A stretch of DNA of 64,000 bases from Macrostomum lignano (GCA_002269645.1 NIVC01000905.1:186001-250000), one strand, 5' to 3'; counted from the stretch's first letter, positions 13,296 through 27,170 are shown. Notes: generated by a model not told the origin, from the sequence alone. Numbers and translations are program-made.

Positions 13296-13749
13296 TGAAT
13301 ATCTGGGTGTGATATAATTTACCTTTAAAGTGATGTGACCAATTCAAGCTCAAATAGTTATTCTAGATAATTGTGCAGATTTTTATCTGGCGCTTAAAGC
13401 GATCGAGACAGTTTCTTTCTTGGAAATTATGTATTTTTATATATATTCATTGCGTCTCTAACTGTTTTGGTGCTTATTCTGTGCAATATTTGATATTTTT
13501 GCTATTTATATCGTTTCTTATAGATTAGCGTTAGTGTCCGTTTTTGTCGCTATTTTATGTTATTAAATTATCCACTTTTTACTTACGACTATATTTTTCG
13601 CTATGTACACTACTTATTGATATTCTCGTGAGTAGGCCTGGAAGTAAATATTGTTTTGTATTTTTCTACGATTTCCTAGATAGAGATTATTTGTAAACTT
13701 TACGATTTGTATTTTTCATAAAAAACTTTTTCACAGAACAAGCTGAACA

Positions 13750-14570
13750 TTCTATGGAGGGAGAGGAGATTCTATGGAGGGAGAGGAGATTCTATGGAGG
13801 GAGAGGAGAATCTATGGAGGGAGAGGAGATTCTATGGAGGGAGAGGAGATTCTATGGAGAGAGAGGAGATTCTATGGAGGGAGAGGAGATTCTATGGAGG
13901 GAGAGGAGAATCTATGGAGGGAGAGGAGATTCTATGGAGGGAGAGGAGATTCTATGGAGAGAGAGGAGATTCTATGGAGGGAGAGGAGATTCTATGGAGG
14001 GAGATGAGATTCTATGGAGGGAGAGGAGATTCTATGGAGGGAGAGGAGATTCTATGGAGGGAGAGGAGAATCTATGGAGGGAGAGGAGATTCTATGGAGG
14101 GAGAGGAGATTCTATGGAGAGAGAGGAGATTATATGGAGGGAGAGGAGATTCTATGGAGAGAGAGGAGATTCTATGGAGGGAGAGGAGATTCTATGGAGA
14201 GAGAGGAGATTCTATGGAGGGAGAGGAGATTCTATGGAGGGAGAGGAGAATCTATGGAGGGAGAGGAGATTCTATGGAGGGAGAGGAGATTCTATGGAGA
14301 GAGAGGAGATTCTATGGAGGGAGAGGAGATTCTATGGGGATTCTATGGAGGGAGGGAGAAGGAAATGCTATGGAGGGTGAGAAGGAGATTCTATGGTCAT
14401 GGAGGGTAAGAAGGAGATTATATGGTCATGGAGGGTGAGAAGGAGATTCTATGGTCATGGAGGGTGAGAAGGAGATTCTGTAGAGGGTGAGACAGAGATT
14501 CTATGGAGGGTGAGACGGAGATTCTATAGAGGGTGAGAAGGAGATTCTACTGGGTGAGGAGATTCTATCA
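13750..14570. repeat. 20-bp intergenic minisatellite (TCTATGGAGGGAGAGGAGAT)n
   Basis: Tandem units, degenerate towards the right end. Confidence 0.95.
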
Positions 14571-15034
14571 AGATGAGAAGTAGACTTCGACTTCGCCTAG
14601 AAAAATTTAGTCTTTTAAAATCAGCAACCTTTACACGGTAGATTTCCTACTCTAAGTAGTATAAAGTACCTAAAAAAGAAGTGTATATAACATAGTAAGC
14701 TCGAGTGAATTAAGCGAGGTCCGTTCACCACCCCACTGTAACCCTGTATACCCGCACTAGCCAGCTAGTGTATTAAAGAATTTGAGCATTTTAGAGAGAG
14801 AGAAGGGTGGGGAGGGAGAGAGAGACAGGCAGACTGTCAGTAGCTATAGCACAATGGACAGTGGATACGTTCGCTGCAGATAGAGTAGCTAACAGAGTAG
14901 TGTGGGTGGGGTATATTGGGTGCGACCGGACCCACCCAGTTCCTAACAATATTTCTGTCAATTTTTCAGAGCTCCTATATTCCAAAAAGAGCCGCCTGTC
15001 TACTATTAAATTATTCAACTATTGTTATTCTATC

Positions 15035-18000
15035 ATGTCGACAACAATGAATAGTCGAACTGTTGTCGATAAGACTACGGAGTCTTACTATATTAGTTAT
15101 CGGCGAAATCTGCTAGCTGTTGGAGTGATGTGGGCCATCTTTGTGGTCTGTTTAGCCATTATCAATGTTGTGGTGGTGGCTCAGCCGCAGTGGATCGGCG
15201 ACACGAGTTCGAGTCCCGGCGTTGGCTTCTTCGGCCTGATCCGCTACTGCCAGCTGTACCAGACTGGCACCAATCTGGTTTGCGACGGTCGGCTGGACGA
15301 TTTTAGCACCATTTTAAATGACGCATTTAGGGCGGCAACTGTGATGTCCGGTCTGGCCGCCCTGCTGGCTCTGACCACCATTGTGCTCATGATTCTGTTC
15401 TTCTTTGTCCGGACTCCGGAATGGGTGTTTCGGATCTGCGGCACTGTGCTGGCTGTTACCTGTGAGTTGGCTGGGTGAGGGTGAGAGTAGTGTAGGAAGA
15501 GGGTGAGATTGGTGTAGGAAGAGGGTAAGAGTAGTGTAGGAAGAGGGTGAGATTGGTGTCGGAAGAGGGTGAGATTGGTGTAGAAAGAGGGTGAGAGCAG
15601 TGTGTAGGAAGAGGGTGGGAGTAGTGTAGAAAGAGGGTGAGAGCAGTGTGTAGGAAGAGGGTGGGAGTAGTGTAGGAAGAGGGTGAGATTGGCGTAGGAA
15701 GAGGGTGAGATTGATGTAAAAAAAGTGGGATTGGTGTAGAAAGAGGGTGAGAGTAGTGTAAGAAGAGGGTGAGATTGATGTAAAAAAGTGGGATTGGTGT
15801 AGAAAGAGGGTGAGAGAGTGTAAGAATAGGGTGAGATTGATGTAAAAAAGTGAGATTGGTGTAGAAAGAGGGTGAGAGTAGTGTAAGAAGAGGGTGAGAT
15901 TGATGTAAAAAGGTGAGATTAATGTAAGAAGAGGGTGAGATTGATGCAAGAGGGCGAGATTGATATTTGAAGAGGGTGAGATTGGTCTAGGAAGAGGGTA
16001 AGATTGATCTGAAAATAAGTGAGATTGATAAAAGAGGGCGAGATTGATAAAAGAAGAGGGCGAGATTAATAAAAGAAGAGGGCGAGATTAATAAAAGAAG
16101 AGGGCGAGATTGATATAAGAAGAGGGTGAGATTAATAAAAGAAGAGGGCGAGATTAATAAAAGAAGAGGGCGAGATTGATATAAGAAGAGGGCGAGATTA
16201 ATAAAAGAAGAGGGCGAGATTAATAAAAGAAGAGGGCGAGATTAATAAAAGAAGAGGGCGAGATTATAAAAAGAAGAGGGCGAGATTAATAAAAGAAGAG
16301 GGCGAGATTGATATAAGAAGAGGGCGAGATTAATAAAAGAAGAGGGCGAGATTAATAAAAGAAGAGGGCGAGATTAATATAAGAAGAGGTTGAGATTAAT
16401 ATAAGAAGAGGGTGAGATTGATATAAGAAAAGGGTGAGATTGATTTAAGAAGAGGGTGAGATTGATATAAGAAGAGGGTAAGATTGATATAAGAAGAGGG
16501 TGAGATTGATATAAGAAGAGGATGAGATTGATATAAGAAGAGGATCTGATACGAATACAGTCAGATCTGAGACAGCAACAGCTAAAACGTGTTAATAATT
16601 ATCTATGCAAAAACCTTCCCAAAAAATCCCTTTTTCGCAGGCCTGTTCTCCCTACTCGGCTGCGTCATTTATCCCAGCGGCTGGGATCACGCCAAAGTTC
16701 GCTCCGTGTGCGGCTCCAACGCCGACAAATTCAATCCAGGCTCCTGCGGCATTCGTTGGGCCTTCATCTTGGCCATTCTGTCCATATTCGACTCGCTAGT
16801 GCTGGCTATTCTGGCATTCGTGCTGGGCTCCCGGTTTGCTAAGCTGCGCCCATTGGCCACCGGCACTCCCGGCGCCGGCCCGATGAATGGCGACAAGCAC
16901 AGCAGGCCGCAGTGTGAGTGCCGCTATTGAGTAAAGTACTAATTAGGTGGCGAGGCCAGGTGTAATTACTCATTCTGTTTACCCTTAATGCTAATAAGAT
17001 GACGAAGCATTTACAACTACATATTCAGTGATAGTTACTCACGCTGTTTACCCAATAAAATCACGATTGATTATTTGCTAATTTTTAACAACAAGCATTA
17101 CTTTAATGCATCAGACAATTACTTAAGAGAAAATCCAAAGATTCTAGGTAGGGGGATATGGAATCTCCGAGTTAAGTGAGACGCAGATTCTAGGTAGGGT
17201 GAGAATGAGACATGTAGATTCAGGTTAGCGTGAGATTGAGATTCCGGGCAGGGTCAGGATGAGATATGGAGATGCAGGGCAGGGTGAGATATGGAGATGC
17301 AGGGTAGGGTGAGATATGGAGATGCAGGGTAGGGTGAGATATGGAGATGCAGGGTAGGGTGAGATATGGAGATTCAGGGTAGGGTGAGATATGGATATCT
17401 AGGGTAGGGTGAGATATGGATGTCTAGGGTAGGGTGAGATATGGATATCTAGGGTAGGGTGAGATATGGATGTCTAGGGTAGGGTGAGATATGGATGTCT
17501 AGGGTAGGGTGAGATATGGATGTCTAGGGTAGGGTGAGATATGGAGATTCAGGGTAGGGTGAGATATGGATATCTAGGGTAGGGTGAGATATGGATATCT
17601 AGGGTAGGGTGAGATACGGATGTCTAGGGTAGGGTGAGATATGGATATCTAGGGTAGGGTGAGATACGGATATCTAGGGTAGGGTGAGATACGCAGATGC
17701 AGGTTAGGGTGAGATTGAGATTCAAGTTAAGGCAAACTGTATGATAACATAAACTTATTAAAACATTGCCAATCTACAATCTTCAATACGGCTCTGTCCT
17801 ACCTAAACTCGTACATTTTAGCTCGACTGGCAAAGTTCTTTCACGTCTCCGGCAATTATAAATTTAAACGATATGTTTAAAATGTTTTTGTAAATATTCA
17901 TTTATGCATAACATTATTTTGTTATAATTCATACTTGGAATATTTTCCTCTTGTGGGTGTTATAGATTTTGTTTAAATTTTCTTTCTCGAATAACACGTG

Positions 18001-18211
18001 GTAGCGTTATTAATTAATATTTCTATAAATGACATTGTGTACTTTTCTTTCAGCCGAAGTGAACTCCGCCTACGCGGACGATCTGTACCACAACCCGGCA
18101 ACCACGCCGCGGGTGGCCACTCTGGAGCCCGCCAATTTTGGCGACGATTTCACCGACATCAGCTTCAACACTGCGGCCAAGTCTACTAGAAGCAAAAACT
18201 TCCAACTCTAA
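15035..18211 (+). CDS. LHFPL: LHFPL / TMHS tetraspan membrane protein (LHFPL3/4/5 group)
   Basis: Exons 15035-15461, 16641-16913, 18054-18211 (TAA), both introns phase 1. Family-typical segments YRRNLLAVGVMWAIF, QPQWIGD, GFFGLIRYC, LGCVIYPSGWD, CGIRWAFILAI, LAFVLG. Confidence 0.92.
15475..16545. repeat. ~22-bp purine-rich minisatellite (GAAGAGGGTGAGATTGATATAA)n
   Basis: Begins ~15 nt after donor 15462; fills LHFPL intron 1. Confidence 0.9.
17190..17730. repeat. 25-bp minisatellite (AGGGTAGGGTGAGATATGGATATCT)n
   Basis: Tandem units in LHFPL intron 2. Confidence 0.92.
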
Positions 18212-18745
18212 AATGAGTTAGAATTGCTTTATTTTAAATTCGCGGGTTTTTTGTTTTTAACTTTTCTTTTTAATAAAATGTGGTTTCTTGGAAATTCAAA
18301 AATTATTTTAGCGCGAATATTTCAGATATTAAAATAACAAAAAATAGAAGCAAACATAGAAACAATGACTAATTTCTATGTAAATTCGAGTGATCGAGTG
18401 TCTAACTATTATAAGTCGAAATCAATTCTAAGAGAAAGTACTATATTTGTTATTTTAATTTCAAATTTGAATTGCCGCCAATTTTCTGTTCAGTTGAATT
18501 TATTTTTAAAATTTAAACCATCGTAAATAATTTGTATTGTTATATAATGTTTACGTAAAGTAATTTTTGAAAATCGAAAATTAAAAATTTACGCAGTTTT
18601 TGCGTTTTTTACATTTTTACCTTTTTTAAATGTGCCTACTTCGAATCTCAACGTTAATTACGGACTTATAAAGCTGTGTTTTTTCACATTTCCCTTTATA
18701 TTATTTGACCATTATTGAGTATTTTGATCTTCCATTGTTATATCT

Positions 18746-18759
18746 GTTGCCATAGTAAC
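18746..18759. promoter_or_regulatory. RFX X-box motif GTTGCCATAGTAAC
   Basis: Matches X-box consensus GTNRCC-N(0-3)-RGYAAC; lies between the LHFPL 3' end and MIC19. Confidence 0.4.
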
Positions 18760-19164
18760 CGTCTTCCTGTTAAGCATTCCGTCGCTAACGTTTGCTTTTT
18801 GTTTCGTGATCAATTTTTGAATTATTAAAAATTAATTAATATAGTTTTTTTTCTTAATTTCAAACCAATAAGTACGTTTAAACTACTGGCTGAATCTGTG
18901 TTAGTAGTGCATGCTGAATATTATTTTGACAATGAATGTTGAATAAATCGTGGTCTACTACTGCAGGAATATTTCTATTTACCTGGACTCGTGTCTTGGT
19001 TCGGCTTATTTGCAGTGTATGCTTGGATACTGTTTCAGATAATAAATTCATGGATTAGGCTAAGAATCACGAGATAATTACTAACAGTCTAATGCCCCCC
19101 CCCTCTTTCGGAGGGCCAATAATCAAGGGACTAAAATGTTACTAGGGACTAATGTGAATCCTAT

Positions 19165-19615
19165 TTGCCTTGACATCTCAGCAATTCCCCAGTAAGCCTC
19201 GACATCTCAGCGGTTCCCCAATAAGCTTGGACATCTCAGCAATTCCCCCTCCCATGTGTTGACATCTCAGCAATTCCCCCAGTAAGCCGTGACATCTCAG
19301 AAATTCCCCCAGTAAGCCTAGACATCTCAGCAATTCCCCCAGTAAGCCTAGACATCTCAGCAATCCCAGCCGCCCCCACCCACCCCCCCCTAAGCCTTGA
19401 CATCTCAGCAATTCCCCCAGTAAGCCTAGACATCTCAGCAATTCCCCCAGTAAGCCTAGACATCTCAGCAATTCCCCCAGTAAGCCTAGACATCTCAGCA
19501 ATCCCAGCCGCCCCCCACCCACCCCCCTAAGCCTTGACATCTCAGCAATTCCCCCAGTAAGCCTAGACATCTCAGAAATTCCCCCAGTAAGCTTGACATC
19601 TCAGCAATCCCCGCC
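19165..19615. repeat. 30-bp minisatellite (GACATCTCAGCAATTCCCCCAGTAAGCCTA)n
   Basis: Tandem units upstream of MIC19. Confidence 0.92.
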
Positions 19616-19937
19616 CCCCCCCAAAGTCTTGAAATCTGGCAAAGAATTGGCCAAGGGGGTGTCATGCGATTCACAGCCATAAGGGCCAACCCCCAAGGCA
19701 CAGAGAGTGTACATGTCTGACGATTAGAAAGTCAAAGGGCTGCTGTACACCCTGTGTGAGCGCGTGTATGACTGCGTGTCTGCGTACGATGTTTGGTGAC
19801 GATGTCGCTGAACGCGTTGCGCCAGGCTGCCCCCACAGCCCTCCTGCCATAAATATTTCACCACAACGGTTTTCAGCCAAATTTTGATCCTTTTTTGCCT
19901 CTAACAAAGCCTGCAGAGCACTAAAGTACAGCCGGCC

Positions 19938-20115
19938 ATGGGCAATGCGAACTCAAACGAGCGAACTACAACACTTAGCCGTGATACGTATTTTTTTATT
20001 ACCGAGGATGTGCAGGTGAGAGCCGGCTGCCTGCTTACTACTATCGGTAGTATGGTTTGTTGCAGTTTATAGAGTTCCAGTGATCTAGATAGTTGTCTGA
20101 CTCTGTGTCTGTCTG

Positions 20116-20176
<61 letters not shown>

Positions 20177-20205
20177 CTGTATCACTCTGTCTGTCTGTCT
20201 GTCTG

Positions 20206-20298
<93 letters not shown>

Positions 20299-21778
20299 GT
20301 GTCTGTCTGTCTGTCTGTCTGTGTGTCTGTCTGTCTGTCTGTCTGTGTGTCTGTCTGTCTGTCTATCTCTGTATCACTCTGTCTGTCTGTCTGTCTGTCA
20401 TTCACAGCCCACCCTACCATTCCAGGACCGGCTCCGCCTAGCCGAGAAGCGCCAGGTGAACCTGAGCAGCGAGGGCGAGGACTCTGCGCCATCGGCGGGC
20501 CGGCCCCAGTCGCACAGCCTGGCCGACAGCGTGGCTGACAGCATCCGACAGACCCAGCAGCTGGACCAGCTGCAGCGAGACTACGAGTCCCGCCTGGCCA
20601 AACTAGAAGAGCGGTCCCAGGCTCGATTCCAGTCGGCAGCCGGTCAGTTCTCGGCGGCAGTCAATCGGGTGGAATCGAAATTCATTGACCGGGAGGCGCC
20701 GCCGCCCTGCTGCCAGGCCGAGAAGGAGGCGGTGCGCCAGTGCTACGCCGCCAATGTGCGCTACCCGCTGCGCTGCTCCCAGATGGTCGCCGCGTTTGAG
20801 CAGTGCGTCACCGAACAGCGCAGGGTGAGTCCTGGCTTGGGGTGCACGGAACTTGGCTGGGGGTTGCAGTGCATGGTTCATGCCTCTGAGGCCTGCTGGC
20901 GCCTATCTGTAGCTGGCGCCTCCCTCTGTAGCTGGCGCCTCCCTCTGTAGCTGGCGCCTCCCTCTGTAGCTGGCGCCTCCCTCTGTAGCTGGCGCCTCCC
21001 TCTGTAGCTGGCGCCTCCCTCTGTAGCTGGCGCCCCCTTTCTGTAGCTGGTGCCCCTTCTGTAGCTGGCCGCCCCCTCTGTAGCTGACGCCCCCCTCTGT
21101 AGCTGGCGCTCCCTTCTGTAGCTGGCGCCTCCCTCTGTAGCTGGCGCCCCCCATCTGTAGCTGGCGCCCCCCCTTCTGTAGCTGGCGCCCCCCTTCTGTA
21201 GCTGGCGCCTCCCTCTGTAGCTGGCGCCCCCCTTCTGTAGCTGGCGCCCCCCTTCTGTAGCTGGCGCCTCCCTCTGTAGCTGGCGCCCCCCTTCTGTAGC
21301 TGGCGCCCCCTCTGTAGCTGGCGCCTCCCTCTGTAGCTGGCGCCTCCCTCTGTAGCTGGCGCCTCCTCTGTAGCTGGCGCCTCCCTCTGTAGCTCCTCTC
21401 TGTAGCTGGCGCCCCCTCTGTAGCAGGCGCCCCCTCTGTAGCTGGCGCCCCCCTCTGTAGCTGGCGCCTCCCTCTGTAGCTGGCCGCCCCCCTTCTGTAG
21501 CTGGGACTATCTTCACCATCTAGATTCTCCCATCATCAGCAATATCTTCATCATCCAGTATCTCGCTTAATCTTCTGAATCCCCATCAACCAGAACCGCC
21601 CTTCATCCACAGAATCCACATCATCCAGAATTGACCTTCATTTACAGAATCCTCATCATCCAGAATCACCCATAAATTGATTTGAGTAGATAGTTTATAC
21701 GTTCCGTTTTTACAATTTCAGGCATTCGTAATTCGCCAACGCAAATCGGAAACAGCCAAGGAGGCTGGCTACATGTGA
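19938..21778 (+). CDS. CHCHD3: MICOS complex subunit MIC19/MIC25-like (CHCH domain), 177 aa
   Basis: Exons 19938-20015, 20426-20824, 21722-21778 (TGA), phase 0. N-terminal MGNANS myristoylation-type motif, coiled-coil middle, C-terminal twin CX9C ([22 protein letters not shown]). Confidence 0.85.
20095..20400. repeat. (CTGT)n microsatellite
   Basis: Fills MIC19 intron 1. Confidence 0.95.
20900..21500. repeat. 19-bp minisatellite (CTGGCGCCTCCCTCTGTAG)n
   Basis: Tandem units in MIC19 intron 2. Confidence 0.93.
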
Positions 21779-22329
21779 TGCCGAGTCCGCGGCTGCCCAC
21801 TGGAGGAAATTTATCGCCTAAATTTTTGCGTCATCAATGCTGGGGGAGTCTGGGGGGAGTCTAGTTTCTTTTTTTAGTTTGTGCTCTATTCTGAAATACT
21901 ACTATAAGTAGACCTAATTATACACACTATCATTCGTGTATGCTAGGTAATTATAACAATTTAAATTAGTTTGTTTATTAATTTTGATGACTAAAATAGT
22001 GAATACTATAGTGAAACGGCTCATGCACTTTAGAATAGAAATACAAAAGTACTTTTTGGACTCATTTTGCCTATTTGCTTTTTCCAGGCATCTTAAAGTT
22101 AATAATATCGATATAGTTATGCTATTGTAATAAATACACTCTCGTGTGCGGGAATTCGTTTTTTAACATTGTTCAAGAATGCCGATCACTGCTCAGTGGA
22201 GTGTGCTCAACCAAAGCTTTTTTTATTTCCAGCCGGTCTTTTGGTTTCATTTTGTTGACCTTTCAAGTACATTCGACAAGGCTATTTACTTGTTTTTTTA
22301 TTTATATAGTTAGTAAGTCTGTTGGTTAG

Positions 22330-23240
22330 TTAGCTAGTTAGTCAGTCAGTCAATCAGTCAGTCAGTGAGTCAGTCATTCAGTCAGTCAGTCAGTCAGTCA
22401 GTCAGTCAGTCAGTCAGTCAGTCAGTCAATCAGTCAGTCAGTCAGTCAGTCAGTCAGTGAGTCAGTCATTCAGTCAGTCAGTCAGTCAGTCAATCAGTCA
22501 GTCAGTCAGTCAGTCAGTCAATCAGTCAGTCAGTCAGTCAGTCAGTCAGTGAGTCAGTCATTCAGTCAGTCAGTCAGTCAGTCAGTCAGTCAGTCAGTCA
22601 GTCAGTCAGTCAATCAGTCAGTCAGTCAGTCAGTCAGTCAGTGAGTCAGTCATTCAGTCAGTCAGTCAGACAGTCAGTCAGTCTGACAGTCAGGCAGTCA
22701 GTCAGTCAGTCAGACAGTCAGGCAGTCAGTCAGGCAGGCAGTCAGTCAGTCAGGCAGTCAGTCAGGCAGTCAGTCAGGCAGTCAGTCAGTCAGTCAGTCA
22801 GTCAGATAGTCAGGCAGTCAGTCAGACAGTCAGGCAGGCAGTCAGTCAGTCAGGCAGTCAGTCAGGCAGTCAGTCAGTCAGACAGTCAGGCAGTCAGTCA
22901 GTCAGGCAGTCAGTCAGGCAGGCAGTCAGTCAGTCAGACAGTCAGTCAGGCAGTCAGTCAGTCAGTCAGTCAGTCAGTCAGACAGTCAGGCAGTCAGTCA
23001 GTCAGGCAGTCAGTCAGACAGTCAGTCAGGCAGTCAGTCAGACAGTCAGTCAGACAGTCAGTCAGGCAGTCAGTCAGTCAGTCAGTCAGTCAGTCAGACA
23101 GTCAGGCAGTCAGTCAGTCAGGCAGTCAGTCAGACAGTCAGTCAGGCAGTCAGTCAGACAGTCAGGCAGTCAGGCAGTCAGTCAGGCAGGCAGTCAGTCA
23201 GTCAGACAGTCAGTCAGGCAGTCAGACAGTCAGGCAGTCA
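22330..23240. repeat. (CAGT)n / (CAGG)n compound microsatellite
   Basis: ~900 bp of tetranucleotide repeat. Confidence 0.95.
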
Positions 23241-23984
23241 GGGTGTACGCACACAGGGTATACACAGCTGCCCTGACTCTCTCATCGTCAGGCATGAGTG
23301 AGAGTCGCACATGGCAATCCCAGCTACGGGCAATATCTCCCAAGATGTAAAGTAGCAGAATCGAGCCTGGTGGGTGTATAATTAATATCTGAAATAATCT
23401 ATATAATAGTCTTTAAAGTATGCTTAAATATCTACTGAACCTTCACGAGCTCATCACACTTGAGACTGGGCTGGAACACTGAGCAGATACGAGCTGTAAT
23501 TACAGTTGCTAAGCTCAAGTAGTCTCTGTCTACAGTTTATGCTAAGCATCGTAAACTGTGCATCGTAAACTGTGCAGCGCATGGCATCATAAAACTGCGC
23601 CCCCCCCCCCCAGCTCCTAACTGCAGACGGTCACGGCATCACCGCGTGGGTGTCCCACGCTGCACCGCTACCTCAGCTTAACCTGTTAGCTTAATTGTGT
23701 GCTCAAGTGGTACACGCTGTATATAAAACTGCTCGCACAATAGACTCAATGCTATTATAATTTTGCTCACCTGTAGCGGCTTGAGTTTCGAATCCAGTCG
23801 CACCATTTTATGTACTTTTATTCGGTTGATTCCTAGCTGCACCGATAAGGTAAGCGATTAATTAATTTAATCTGTGTTTGTTAAAGCTCATTTTGAGTTT
23901 AATCTGTTTTTGTGGTATTGTGCGCCATTTCAAAATTGATGGCTTCAACTGGAACACAGACCAGCGCGATCTCACTGACTGACT

Positions 23985-24445
23985 GTTCCAGTCACTCTCC
24001 CAATCACTCACCCAGTCACTCTCCTAGTCACCCTTGCACTTACCCAGTCACCCACCCAGTCAATCATCCTATCACTCTCCCAATCACTCACCCAGTCACT
24101 CCTAGTCACTCACCCAGTCATTCGCCCAGTCACTAAACTAGTCACTCAATCAGTCACCCAGTCTCTAAACTAGTCACTTACCCAGTCACTCATCCAGTCA
24201 CTCACCCAGTCAATCATCCAGTTACTCACCCAGTCACTCACCCGGTCACTCACCCCGATCACTCGCTCAGTCACTCATCCAGTCACTCACCCAGTCGGCA
24301 GTCACTCACCCAGTCACTCACCCGGTCACTCACCCCGGTCACTCGCTCAGTCACTCATCCAATTACTCACCCGGTCACCCCGATCACTCGCTCAGTCACT
24401 CATCCAGTCACTCATCCAGTCACTCACCCAATCACTCACCCCAGT
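23985..24445. repeat. Degenerate ~12-bp repeat (CAGTCACTCACC)n
   Basis: Tandem degenerate units upstream of the Tctex1 CDS. Confidence 0.85.
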
Positions 24446-24731
24446 TTTAATGCACGCAACTTTGCATGAATCAGAATTTTAGCATCTAGATAGTTTGAGC
24501 ACCATCTGCCTAACAAACTGAGGCTGTGTACTTTTCATTGAGTTCTGCCCCTACCAGCATTTTCATAGCCACAAAAGCGTGATTCATTCTGCTGTACACA
24601 GAGCCATGCATGCATTGTGCTAGGCTTTAAGTCTAAAGCATTTTTACTTCTTCAAAGCAACTCCCTTCCTCTCTTGTGGCTTCATCCTACTCCCATCCAC
24701 TTCCTTGAATTCTTCCTCCTCACCTCGCTCT

Positions 24732-24745
24732 GTCTCCATGGCAAC
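24732..24745. promoter_or_regulatory. RFX X-box motif GTCTCCATGGCAAC upstream of the Tctex1-domain gene
   Basis: X-box-like 14-mer ~1 kb 5' of ATG 25739 and ~370 nt 5' of a candidate UTR-exon donor (GTAAGT at 25117). Confidence 0.55.
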
Positions 24746-25171
24746 TAAAAAAGTGGTGTTTGAATAGAATACAGTCATTATAATTAGTTGCCTTTCAATG
24801 CACTCGCAGCGGCCTGTAGAGCCCCAAAGCAGATGCAGCCAATGGTGAGAAACTCTGTGCACAATGCGTTCGTTCATTAAGAGGCTCAGGAAGTTGGGAA
24901 AGAACTGCGTGTGGGTCTGCATAGCCGTGCGGTTGCTAGCTGGGTTTCCCAGCCTCACCCGCGCCTCATCCAAAACCCCAGCGCTCCCTTTTATTCTCAT
25001 CCCCATCTCTGTCTCTAATTTTCTTGCTCAAACCATAACTGGGCGAGTCAGTCAAATAAACTGTGAAATTCTCAAAAAACAGTGTTTATGTAAACTCTGA
25101 AGCTTCCAGTGTCTCGGTAAGTTTGTGCATTTAATGCACATATTTGGGGGGTGTCATGCGATTCACCGCCG

Positions 25172-25580
25172 TGCTGGCGCCCCTTGGTGCTGGCGCCCTT
25201 TGATGCTGGCGCCCCTTGATGCTGGCGCCCCTTGATGCTGGCGCCCCTTGATGCTGGCGCACCTTGGTGCTGGCGCCCCTTGATGCTGGCGCCCCTTGAT
25301 GCTGGCGCCCCTTGGTGCTGGCGCCCCTTGGTGCTGGCGCCCTTTGATGCTGGCGCCCTTTGATGCTGGCGCCCCTTGATGCTGGCGCCCCTTGATGCTG
25401 GCGCCCCTTGATGCTGGCGCACCTTGGTGCTGGCGCCCCTTGATGCTGGCGCCCCTTGGTGCTGGCGCCCCTTGGTGCTGGCGCCCCTTGGTGCTGGCGC
25501 CCCTTGGTGCTGGCGCCCCTTGGTGCTGGCGCCCCTTGGTGCTGGCGCCCCTTGGTGCTGGCGCCCCTTGGTGCTGGCGC
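25172..25580. repeat. 16-bp minisatellite (GCTGGCGCCCCTTGGT)n
   Basis: ~25 tandem units. Confidence 0.93.
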
Positions 25581-25738
25581 CCCTTGGTCAGCAGGGGGAG
25601 GGGGTATGCCCCCCTGACCCTTTCTTTCACTTGTATCGACGCCCAAATGACTTCTTGACATTGTCCATTCTCAATCAAGAACCAACTGTAAGCCGCAGTC
25701 ACAGACAGAACCACCTACTAAACTGCTCAACACAGGAA

Positions 25739-27170
25739 ATGACAGCAGAAGTTGAATTAGCGGCCGCAGCCTCCGCTGCTCAGCAGCATCATCAGCATCA
25801 TCAACAACAGCGCAAGGCTTCAAACGCCGGCTCTGACGACCTGCTCGCTCCGTTGCCCAGCAACGTTGGCGCTGGCGCTTCTCATGGACGTCGAATGTCG
25901 CGCGTTCTCGGCGGCGGCGGCGGGGGCGGGCGCCAGGGCCGCGGCAGGCTGGGCACCCTGGCGGGCCCGAGCCTCATGCTGGGCGGCGGAGATCACGGAG
26001 CTCGCAGCGGGCAGCCACCGCCGCTGGAGAACACCTACCGGCTGAAGCCTGACGAGTCGCAGCGGTTCAACTGCCGGCTGGCCACGGAGATTCTGACGGC
26101 GGCGCTGGAGACTGCGGTGGCCGGAGTTGGGCAGAAATATGATGCGGAGAGGTGGGAAAGAACAGGCAGATCTATAGTGTAGACTCACCCCTCATTCACT
26201 CCCCGATTCACTGATTCATTCCAGTTTCACCTCTGATTCACGCCCTGAATCACTCCCTGATTCACTCTGATTCACCCCCTGATTCATCCATGATTCACCA
26301 CCGGATTCACCCATGATTCACCCCCTGATTCATCCCCTGATTCATCCATGATTCGCCACCTGATTCACCCATGATTCACCCCCTGATTCATCCATGATTC
26401 ACCACCGGATTCACCCATGATTCACCCCCTGATTCATCCCCTGATTCATCCATGATTCGCCACCTGATTCACCCATGATTCACCCCCTGATTCATCCATG
26501 ATTCACCGCCGGATTCACCCAGGATTCACCCCCTGATTCATCCATGATTCACCACCTGATTCACCCATGATTCACCCCCTGATTCACCCATGATTCACCC
26601 CCTGATTCATCCATGATTCACCACCTGATTTACCACCTGATTCACCCTCTGATTCATCACCCGATTCACAACTGATTCACCCTCTGATTCACCCCCTGAT
26701 TCACCCCCTGATTCACCACCTGATTCACCCCCTGATTCACCCTCTGATTCATCACCCGATTCACCACCTGATTCACCACCTGATTCACCACCTGATTCAC
26801 CCTCTGATTCATCATCCGATTTACAACTGATTCACCCTCTGATTCACCCCCTGATTCACCACCTGATTCACCCCCCGATTCACCACCTGATTCACCCCCT
26901 GATTCACCCCTGATTCATCCCCTCCCCAATCGCAGATGCCGCTCCGCATGCCAGTCTGCGGCTGAACAAGCCAGACGGGAGCTGCGCGAGCTGGACAGCC
27001 GCCGCTACAAGCTGGTGGTGAACGTCTCCATCGTGCAGCTGCTGGGTCAGTCAGCCGCGGTTGCTAGCCGCAGTGTCGGCAACCCGGAGACTGACAATTA
27101 CGCCACTGCTCAGGTCTCTGCCGGAGAGTTTGCCTGCGTTGCTACTGTCCACGCGCTCTACTATGAGTAG
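25739..27170 (+). CDS. Tctex1-domain dynein light chain (TCTEX1D/DYNLT family) with low-complexity N-terminal extension
   Basis: Exons 25739-26151 and 26936-27170 (TAG), phase 2. ENTYRLKP motif, RYKLVVNVSIVQLLGQ, ASRSVGNPETDNYA, C-terminal VATVHALYYE. Acceptor CACAG ends at 25735; candidate non-coding exons end at donors 23850 and 25117; TATATAAAA near 23720. Confidence 0.9.
26200..26925. repeat. 11-12-bp minisatellite (GATTCACCCCCT)n
   Basis: Fills Tctex1 intron 26152-26935. Confidence 0.9.

Noticed and set aside
17190-17730. AGGGTAGGGT repeats as interstitial telomere
   Set aside because: The unit is 25 bp with no TTAGGG runs.
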